In this document: in pieces, positions 1-7,545 of the stretch
Layout of the letters: each line of letters starts with the position of its first letter
How positions within the stretch are numbered: the stretch's first letter is position 1
Assembly (NCBI GenBank): GCA_051294375.1
Contig: CM119271.1
Location: 16,283,606 to 16,294,670 of the forward strand
Source: Paraspadella gotoi
Taxonomy: Eukaryota; Animalia; Chaetognatha
Direction: 5' to 3'
DNA: 11,065 bases
Notes under the pieces: generated by a model
Told to the model about the DNA's origin: nothing
The model's input: only the letters and a program-made list of their open reading frames with translations
Databases searched by the model: none
Made by a program: the position numbers and the translations under genes

Positions 1-706
1 CCGTAACATCTCCATGCCTCAACCCTACCCCTAACCCGCCTTTGATGCATCAACACGGCCCCTCCCCCAACCCTAACCCTAAACCAAGCCTTCCGTCAGA
101 CTCTGTGCTCTCCTAACCCTAACCCAGGCTCAGCCTCCCGTACATCCCGTGCCTCACCCGAACCCTAACCGCCTTCGATGCATCAACCATGGGTCCCTCC
201 CGCAACCCTAACCCTAAAACAAGCCTCCCGTTTCAACTCCATGCTCTCCCTAACCCTAAACAGGCCCGGCCTCCCGTACATCTCCATACCTCAACCCTAA
301 CCCTAATTTGCCTTCGATATATAACCCACGGGCCTCTCTCCCAACCCTAACCCTAAACCGGGGCCCAGGCCTCCGTACATCTCCGTACCTCAACCCTAAC
401 CCTAATTGCCTTCGATATATAACCCACGGGCCTCTCTCCAACCCTAACCCTAAACCGGGCCCAGGCCTCCCGTACATCTCCGTGCCTCAACCCTAACCTA
501 ACGCGGGCCTCTTGGTCATCAACAACACACTCCCTTACCACTATCCCTAAAATGACATTAATAATAAGCCTAAATAAACTTAACTTAACTCACCCTAACC
601 CTAACCTAAACTACTCAACCCTAACCCTAAACTATCAAACCCTAACCCTAACTACTACCTACTCAACCCTAACCCTAAACCAACTCAACCCTAACCCTAA
701 CCCTAA
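1..706 (-). repeat. CCCTAA-punctuated minisatellite array (left arm)
   Basis: Recurrent AACCCTAACCCTAA blocks separated by ~30 bp GC-rich spacers (1-500) and by short ACTACTC-type spacers (590-706). Confidence 0.95.
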
Positions 707-721
707 TCTGAGTTTATTTTA

Positions 722-855
722 GGCGAAATCGCATAACTAGAACGATAGATGTAGTTCAAGCTAAATCGCCAAATGGCGAGGGCGTCATGGCTAAGTCGCG
801 ATTTGGCGATTTCGCACTGAACTACATCTAGCGTTCTAGTTATGGCGATTTCGCC
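722..855. repeat. Cluster of six GGCGA-NN-TCGCC dyad motifs forming the palindrome core
   Basis: Copies start at 722, 759, 775, 789, 805 and 844; only 844 is an exact match. Confidence 0.85.
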
Positions 856-871
856 TTAAAATAAACTCAGA

Positions 872-1781
872 TTAGGGTTAGGGTTAGGTTGAGTTGTTTA
901 GGTTAGGGTTGAGTAGGTAGTAGTTAGCGGTTAGGGTTGAGTAGTTTAGGGTTAGGGTTGAGTAGTTTAGGGTTAGGGTTAGGGTTGAGTTAGTTTAAGT
1001 TTATTTAGGCTTATTATTAATGTCAATTTAGGGATAGGGGCTTAGGGAGGGTGTTGTTGATGACCAAGAGGTCCCGCGTTAGGTTAGGGTTGAGGCACGG
1101 AGATGTACGGGAGGCCTGGGCCCGGTTTAGGGTAGGGTTGGGAGAAGGCCCGTGGGTTATATATCGAAGCGTTAGGGTTGAGGTACGGAGATGTACGGGA
1201 GGCCTGGGCCCGGTTAGGGTTAGGGTTGGAGAGAGGCCCGTGGGTTATTTAATCGAAGGCAATTAGGGTTAGGGTTGAGGGTATGAGATGTACGGGAGGC
1301 CGGGCCTGTTTAGGGTTAGGGAGAGGCATGGAGTTGAACGGGAGGCTTGGTTTAGGGTTTAGGGTTGCGGGAGGGACCCATGGTTGATGCATCGAAGGCG
1401 GTTAGGGTTAGGGTTGAAGGCACGGAGATGTACGGGAGGCTGGGCCTGAGTTAGGGTAGGGGAGAGGCATGGAGTTTGAACGGGAGGCTTAGTTTAGGGT
1501 TAGGGTTGGGGGAGGGGCCCGTGGTTGATGCATCGAAGGCGGTTAGGGTTGAGGCACGGAGATGTACGGGAGGCTGAGCCTGGGTTAGGGTTAGGGAGAG
1601 GCACAGAGTTGAACGAAGGCTTGGTTTAGGGTTAGGGTTGGGGGAGGGGCCCGTGGTTGATGCATCAAAGGCGGTTAGGGTTTAGGGTTGAGGCATGGAG
1701 ATGTACGGGAGCCCAGGCCCGGGTTAGGGTTAGGGAAGGCCACAGAGTTGAACGGGAGTTTGGTTTAGGGTTAGGGTTGGG
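872..1781 (+). repeat. TTAGGG-punctuated higher-order minisatellite array (right arm)
   Basis: 872-990: about 5 units of TTAGGGTTAGGGTTGAGTAGT. 1079-1781: TTAGGG blocks (mostly dimers) separated by spacer A (GAGGCACGGAGATGTACGGGAGGC..), B (GGAGGGGCCCGTGGTTGATGCATCGAAGGCGG) and C (AGAGGCATGGAGTTGAACGGGAGGCTTGG), in the order ABABACBACBACBAC. Confidence 0.95.
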
Positions 1782-1849
1782 AAAGGAGCCTGAAGGTGAT
1801 GCTCATCCCCGTTGTTAGCTGCGCTTTTCATTATATTCGCTACTTTTAT

Positions 1850-1972
1850 CACTGGCGAGGTCGCCAGTGGGGGGACTGGCGACATCGTCAAAGCCCTGGC
1901 GACATCGCCATGGCGAAGTCGCAACAACTAGAACCACCTGCAACTCGTGCGTGAATCGCCGGCGACATCGCT
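1850..1972. repeat. Second cluster of GGCGA-NN-TCGCC dyad motifs
   Basis: Copies at 1854 (inside the perfect hairpin CACTGGCGA-GG-TCGCCAGTG, 1850-1869), 1878, 1898, 1912, 1949 (degenerate) and 1961. Confidence 0.85.
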
Positions 1973-2554
1973 ATTTGAATGAAACCTTACAACCTTAAGG
2001 ATGTAAAATTTAGGATTTTGTATTGAAAAAAAAAGCGCGGAATAAATGGCGATAATAAAAGTTTTAAGAAGGAAAAAAATAATCAGAATTTTTCAAAAAA
2101 CGAACGATCAGGCATGAGATCGTACGAGAAAAAGAGAGAGACGACAAGCTGGACAGCTGCTGGAAGGCCGCTGTACAGTCACTGCAGACCTGAACTCGTC
2201 TTTTCTAAAAAAGAAAAATATATATATAATTTAAAGAAAATAAAAGAAAGGCAAAAATATGTTACAATTGTTTACAATTGGAAATTTTTCCAATTTTTTC
2301 CAATCGCAGCTTGTAAAAGATTTAAATTTATATTTGTATTAAAATTAAGATATAGCTCTTCATTAAAAAAATCCTTTGAGTTCCCATTTTTATTAAAAAT
2401 TTAAAACAAATTTTTTGAATTTCATCTTCAATATTATATACTGCAATATGTAATTAGATTAAAGCATTTCTATATCTAATTTGGATATTATAATGAGTAC
2501 TTTAATCTCATTTGCATATTGCAGTAAATCATAATGAAGTGGAATTCAAACAAA

Positions 2555-2841
2555 AAATGTAATATGAAAATTCACAAGCTATTTCAAGATAAAAGCCATA
2601 TCTAAATTTTTAACTTACTATGAACGCACACTTTGTAAAACTTTATCATAATTCATAATAATTTTTTATTTTAAAAAAAAACGGTAAGTCACAGCCAAAC
2701 CTATAAAAGCGTAGTAGTTTTTATATATGAAAACAGCGTGACGGACGACGACGACGACGACGACGACTACGTCACAAAGAAGCACCCCTAAAACATTATA
2801 GAGCCTGACCCGGCTTCGCCGGTCAAGGTCGATAAAATACT
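2555..2841 (-). mobile_element. DINE-1/HINE-like 5' fragment, family 1, tandem copy 1
   Basis: On the minus strand: TTTTAT, an imperfect hairpin (2801-2830), TATAATG, then a (GTC)8-CGTC microsatellite (2740-2767). This matches the 5' layout of DINE-1-like elements. Directly repeated at 2849-3148. Confidence 0.55.
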
Positions 2842-2848
2842 TAATTCC

Positions 2849-3148
2849 AAATGTAATAAGAAAATATCAAAGCTATTTCAAAATGAGAAGACCATATCTA
2901 AATTTTTTAACTTACTATGTTTGCACACTTTTGTAAAACTTTATCATAATCTCATAATAATTTTTTATTTAAAAAAAAACGTAAGTCACAGCCAAACCTA
3001 TAAAAGCGTAGTAGTTTTTATATAACAAAACAGCGTGACGGACGAACGACGACGACGACGACGACGATGACTACGTCACAGAGAAGCAACCCTAAAACAT
3101 TATAGAGCCTGACCCGGCTTCGCCGGTCAAGGCTCGATAAAAATTACT
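2849..3148 (-). mobile_element. DINE-1/HINE-like 5' fragment, family 1, tandem copy 2
   Basis: Near-identical direct repeat of 2555-2841 (period ~294 bp). Hairpin GAGCCTGACCCGGC-TTC-GCCGGTCAAGGCTC at 3105-3135; (GAC)n at 3048-3071. Confidence 0.55.
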
Positions 3149-3526
3149 ATTAAATAAGTTAATAAACAATTTGATTTTAAATTTAGTCAATATAATAATA
3201 ATATTATTATTAAAAAATTAATAGAAATTATCAAATAAATATTAATATTAATAGTAAATATGATACTAATCAAAAATTTATCTTAAAATTATCTAAAATA
3301 TATGATTAAAATCGATTTTATATTTAAAGTGACTATAAAATATTATGTTCAAACACCACAACAAAGGGGATTGTACTCTATCATTTGATCGCTCTTGTGA
3401 GTTTTATTCCGGTCAACTTTTTTTTGTTTTTATGGTTCCAATGTATAGAGCAGACAAAGAAAAACCAAATAGAAGAAGTTGTTACGAGAGATCTAGTGTG
3501 GTTATTGATTTTTGGTAGATCTACTA

Positions 3527-3790
3527 ACCACATACAAAATTTCCAATCCATCCATCCAATCACGAGTAATTGGTTTTTTTGTTAAGGTGGGACGGACGGA
3601 CGGACGTACGGACGGACAGATGGACAGATAGACGGACAGACAGACGGATGGACGGGCATCCTTTTTTTTCATAATTCGATGTTCTGACATGATATAAGTG
3701 AATGCCCGACAAGATTGGGGGGGCGGACCAACGGATCGACAAAGTGAATTATAGAGTCGGGATCTGCTGATAAGTAGATTCGACTAAAAA
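3527..3790 (-). mobile_element. DINE-1/HINE-like element, family 2, 3'-truncated inverted copy
   Basis: Reverse complement of ~3847-4089, with the terminal hairpin (3756-3785), a (RGAC)n microsatellite (3590-3656) and the core CCAATCCATCCATCCAATCACGAGTAATT. Confidence 0.7.
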
Positions 3791-4038
3791 CAACAAATAT
3801 GGTTCACTAATTAATTAATTAAACAAGAAGTTAAGTAGATATTAAATTTATTAGTCGGATCTGCTTTCAGCAGATCCCGACTCTATAATTCACTTTGTCG
3901 GTCCATCAGTCCGCCCTCTCAATCTTGTCGGGCATTCACATATCATGTCAGAACATCGAATTATGATAAATTATGCAAAAAAAATTATGTCCGTCTGTCT
4001 GTCCGTCCGTCCATCTGTCCCAGCTTAGCAAAAAACAC

Positions 4039-4317
4039 TAATTACTCGTGATTGGATGGATGGATTGGAATGAAATTTTGTGTGTGGGTCAGGAAGTGTG
4101 TGATTAAGTTTCGATGGAATCGTCCGAGTGGAAATGGGTTTAAATTGAAAAAACAAAAAAATATATTTCAATATTTGAACATTAATTACTCATGAGTGGA
4201 TGGGGCGATTGACTTGAAATTTTTTATTTGGGTAGAAAAATGTGTGATTAAACTCGAAATCAAGTTTCAATGGAATCGTTTGAGTGAAAATGAGTTTAAA
4301 TGGAAAAAACAAAAAAC
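4039..4317 (+). repeat. Two diverged ~144 bp central tandem repeats
   Basis: TAATTACTC..GGATGG..GAAATTTT..TGGGT..TGTGTGATTAA..TGGAATCGT..GAGTG.AAATG.GTTTAAAT.GAAAAAACAAAAAA occurs twice. Confidence 0.9.
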
Positions 4318-4377
4318 CTGTTTCACTAATTGATTATGCTTCTTTTTCTTTTTATTTTAAATTTAAATGCAAGATGT

Positions 4378-4587
4378 ATTAATTAATCAAATAATTAATC
4401 AGTTAATTAATCAATTAGTCGATCAATTAATCAATAATTAATTAATCAGTCAATTAATCAATCAAAACAAACATTTTGGATCAAATTAATTAATTGCCTA
4501 ATTAATTAAATAATTAACTTGAATAATTAATTAAATAATTAATAAATGAATTATTAATTATATAATTATTAATTAATTAATTAATTA
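4378..4587. repeat. AATTAATC/TTAA low-complexity tract
   Basis: Degenerate AATTAATCA and (TTAA)n iterations. Similar tracts at ~7504-7545, ~7810-7865 and ~8685-8705. Confidence 0.8.
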
Positions 4588-4718
4588 CCGATAATGATTG
4601 TGGGCAGATTCGACATTGTTTTCTCAAACTTGTTCATTTTCAAACAACAATGTTTTTAAAGATCGGACATGTTTCGGCTTTTATTTACGTACAAGCTTTG
4701 ATTAATTAACTAATCGAT

Positions 4719-4754
4719 TTCCGCTAATGATCGTGGGTAGGATCGGCATTGTTC
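4719..4754 (+). mobile_element. Degenerate extra 3' end of the family 2 element
   Basis: CCGCTAATGATCGTGGGTAGGATCGGCATTGTT resembles 4588-4620 CCGATAATGATTGTGGGCAGATTCGACATTGTT. Confidence 0.6.
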
Positions 4755-4770
4755 AATTCACATTTCAGAA

Positions 4771-5000
4771 TTAAACGACTTTTTGCGGCGATATAAATGT
4801 AACGGCGCCTGTAGCGGTGACACTAAGGATCTTAAGCTCCTACGCAAAAAATAATGATTTGATGATCATCATATAGATACAAGATTTTAAAAGTTGAAAC
4901 GTAACTTACCTCAAAGCAGATTAAGTCGGTCTGTGACTTTATCTTCTTATCTTCAATTAAGATTTGCGTCTCAATGATTTGACTTCGTTTTGAGATGAGA
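4771..5000 (-). CDS. Candidate last two coding exons (5000-4910 and 4839-4771) of an unidentified spliced gene
   Basis: Acceptor TCTTAG (5001-5002), donor GAG/GTAAGT (4909), a 70 nt intron and acceptor TTTTTTGCGTAG (4840-4841). The joined frame reads LISKRSQIIETQILIEDKKIKSQTDLICFE/ELKILSVTATGAVTFISPQKVV*. No recognisable domain. Confidence 0.25.
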
Positions 5001-5978
5001 CTAAGATTTTCAAAACAAAATGAATAAAACGAATTAAATTAAATGTAGTAAAAATATGAATACATTTCTAACATTGAAAAACACGTGATTGAGGGTTTAA
5101 GTGAATGAAAAATAATTAAACAAAACATTGTACAAAAAGATCTAATTTATTATTATTTCTAGGCGATTATAATTAAACAAACAATTCCTCTATTCACGCA
5201 AATTTACTTACTGGAGTAAATATTCCATATCTTCTCAAGTTTACATGTAAACTTTGAAAAACATTGTTGCAAACGTCGGAAATCATATGTTAATTGAATT
5301 GATTACTATTGCGCAAAAGTCATAGTTGTAAACCATATTAAGAAGGCAAATTTAGCATTATAAATACCTTAGAATAAAAATCTTCCAGAATTAAAATACT
5401 TAACGAGTGAACTATTTCCAATCGTTGTCCTTGATTTTAAAATTCGATCTCTTACCTCCCCTTTTTATTCCGGTTTTTATCTCAGGATCGAAGTCGAGAC
5501 ACTCTCTAAAGAAAATTTTATTAACAGGGTAAAATTATGTCACATCAAAATCATAAAGAGTCATTTACATAAACAAAATATCTCAGTTTATTAAACCTCT
5601 CTCAAGGGGAACTCTGACGTCAGGTCACGGATCTGAAGTGAGTGAACGCGTCGCTGCCGACAGTGAATTCTGCGAGGTTGTGAGGCGCCAGTCAGGCTTG
5701 GTCATATATCATTTTCGTTGGTGTCACTTGGCACTTAAGTCAGTGTCACTGTAGCAGAATAACTGGTCGTTTTGGTCTGTGCCAATGTTCACTTGGATCA
5801 ATGTCACTGGTTATTTTCATGAATATCACTGATCTCTTTCACTTTTCACTTTCCTCTCTCTTTTTTGACTAAATTAACAGTTGAGTCATTCACGTTCGAG
5901 TGGTTTTTTTTTTCAACTTTGATATTTTCTCTCTTTCTCTCTTTCTCTGGGTAATTTGATGATTTTAATTGTTATTTT

Positions 5979-6003
5979 NNNNNNNNNNNNNNNNNNNNNN
6001 NNN
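5979..6003. other. Assembly gap (25 N)
   Basis: Run of N bases. True distance and adjacency across the gap are unknown. Confidence 0.99.
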
Positions 6004-6004
6004 A

Positions 6005-6555
6005 TATTTGGTCAACTTGGCATTTAATTTTGTCAGCTGGCATTAATTTGGTCACTGACATAATTTTTGGTCAACTGACATAATTTGGTCAACTGACATA
6101 ATTTGGTCAAACTGACATAATTTGGTTAACTGACTAATATTTTGTCAAGCTGACATAATTTGGTCAACTGACATAATTTGGTCAACTGACATAATTTGGT
6201 CAACTGACATATTGGTTCAACTGACATAATTGTCAACTGACATAATTTTGGTTAACTGACTAAATGTGTTTAACTGACATAATTTGTTTAACTGACATAA
6301 TTTGTTCCATCTGTCATAATTTGTTCAACTGACATAATTTGTTCAACTGACATAATTTGGTCAACTGACATAATTTGGTCAAACCGGCAAATTTGGGTCA
6401 ACCGGCATAATTTTCAAACTGGCATAATTTGGTCAACTGCCATAATTTTATCAACTGGCATAATTTGCGTGTCAACTGGCAAAATTTCAACTGGATTTAT
6501 TTGGTCAACTTGGCTAATTGTCATAATTCTGTCAATTTGCGCATAATTTGGTCAA
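6005..6555. repeat. 18-bp tandem satellite, consensus TAATTTGGTCAACTGACA, about 30 copies
   Basis: Direct reading. Each unit contains the dyad GTCA-AC-TGAC. Flanking copies read CTGGC instead of CTGAC. Confidence 0.97.
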
Positions 6556-6625
6556 TAAATAAATAAATAATCAATCAATCAGAGAGAGATAGAGAGAAAC
6601 TGTAAAAAATTCAAATAAATGTGTC

Positions 6626-6887
6626 TTTTGGTTTTCTAATTTGAAACTTTTCCACTCCTACGATTCCGTCAAAAAATTTATATCCAGCTTTATCACATAC
6701 TTTCCTACCCACACAACAAAATCCAATTCAATGTATTATCCTATCCAACTTTTAAAAAACATAGATAAATTATGAGTAAATTTAAATAAAAATACTTCTA
6801 GTAAATAGACTTTGTTTTTTCCATTTTAACTCATTTCCACTTGCACGATTTCCATCGAATCTTATATCCAGCTTAATCACACACTTT
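6626..6887 (-). mobile_element. Two degenerate inverted copies of the family 2 central repeat
   Basis: TTTCCACTCCTACGATTCC..ATCACATACTTTCCTACCCACAC (6649-6713) and TTTGTTTTTTCCATTTTAACTCATTTCCAC..TTAATCACACACTT (6811-6887) mirror 4080-4160 and 4240-4317. Confidence 0.7.
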
Positions 6888-7450
6888 GTCACATACCTCT
6901 AGCTACGAGATAGTTTCTGACGAATTCTCTTGGCCTATAAAAACACCAGGGGTTTGTAATATCTATTGTAATATATATAAGGTAAACAAATACAAATAAT
7001 ATTTAAAGAGAAACGTTTCCTTCGGAGCCACGGCTAAAACTACCAGATTCGCGGACAGAATCGACGAAGTACAATGTTTACATTTTACAAAGAAAGAAAA
7101 GTGGTCATTTCTAAAACACTGGGCCGAGATTTCTTTGAGTTGCACCAGAGTATCTGACCACAGAATGTGGAAGCGATCGATTTTTCCGCCCGCTGCCCAA
7201 TCCGGCGCTTCCAAGACCCCCCCACCCCGCTCCCGTTTTCGGGGTGCAATCCCTACTTTTGAGCCCGGATCGCTTTCGGTCTTCGAGTGCACATCGCGTT
7301 CCTTCCCTTTAGAAATTTAATTGTTATAATTTATTAAAAAAATATTCTCTTTTGACATGTATTCATTTGTAGAATAATTTAAACAATCTTTTTTTGTTAA
7401 CAAGGGTGAAATTTTACTATGAAAAATTGTAAGATTTTGTAAAATGTTAA

Positions 7451-7545
7451 GAATCGTTCGAGTGGAACTGAGTTTAAATGAAAAAAAACAAAAAAACCAA
7501 AACCAATTAATTAATTAATTTCAATAATTAATCAATCAATTAAAC
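7451..7545 (+). mobile_element. Fragment of the family 2 central repeat plus AATT tract
   Basis: GAATCGTTCGAGTGGAACTGAGTTTAAATGAAAAAAAACAAAAAAACC resembles 4273-4318. Confidence 0.65.

Larger units (their letters stand above)
1..1708. repeat. Large imperfect inverted repeat (left arm 1-774, truncated by the window edge; right arm 801-1708; centre 787/788)
   Basis: AAATCGCCAAAT (763-774) mirrors ATTTGGCGATTT (801-812). CTAATCTGAGTTTATTTT (~703-720) mirrors AAAATAAACTCAGATTAG (~858-875). Positions 1-27 mirror 1683-1708. Unit-specific variants occur at mirror positions. The right arm has one extra ~135 bp unit. Confidence 0.97.
789..1972. mobile_element. Putative non-autonomous foldback/MITE-like element with ~65 bp imperfect terminal inverted repeats and internal telomeric-repeat arrays
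   Basis: 805-855 GGCGATTTCGCAC..GTTCTAGTTATGGCGATTTCGCC aligns with the reverse complement of 1912-1960 (GGCGATTCACGCAC..GTTCTAGTTGTTGCGACTTCGCC). No coding capacity and no target-site duplication identified, so mobility is inferred. Confidence 0.45.
3847..4634 (+). mobile_element. DINE-1/HINE-like (Helentron-associated) non-autonomous element, family 2, apparently full length
   Basis: T-rich start; 5' hairpin AGTCGGATCTGCT-TTC-AGCAGATCCCGACT (3853-3882); (GTCY)n microsatellite (3989-4020); two ~144 bp central tandem repeats (from 4039 and 4183); 3' subterminal inverted repeat GCAGATTCGAC (4604-4614); CTTGTT terminus (4629-4634). No clear 3' stem-loop seen. Classification is by architecture only. 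Confidence 0.72.

Noticed and set aside
590-990. Telomere-telomere fusion site or true chromosome end
   Set aside because: The polarity is CCCTAA-core-TTAGGG, opposite to a fusion, and there is no long pure hexamer tract.
256-1266. ORFs 256-477, 308-496, 353-541 and 1051-1266
   Set aside because: Translations of the repeat arrays (LGLG, RVRV, NPNP); they mirror each other across the palindrome.
1079-1781. CRISPR-like repeat/spacer periodicity
   Set aside because: The spacers recur and are mutually homologous, the repeat is only ~12-15 bp of telomeric hexamer, there are no cas genes, and the context is eukaryotic.
1730-1927. 65 aa minus-strand ORF
   Set aside because: Spans the dyad cluster and telomeric array, has a non-ATG start and no recognisable domain.
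2114-2404. 96 aa plus-strand ORF
   Set aside because: The K/F/I-rich second half simply reflects AT-rich low-complexity DNA.
3418-3500. Weak similarity to ~8825-8925
   Set aside because: Mostly T-run and purine-run similarity; cannot be supported by eye.
3381-3742. Four short overlapping ORFs
   Set aside because: They overlap the HINE-like copy and its GTCY microsatellite (SVRPSV translations) or T/A-run flanks.
5926-6599. CT-rich and GA-rich tracts flanking the 18-bp satellite as possible terminal inverted repeats
   Set aside because: Low-complexity match only, and the two tracts are separated by an assembly gap.
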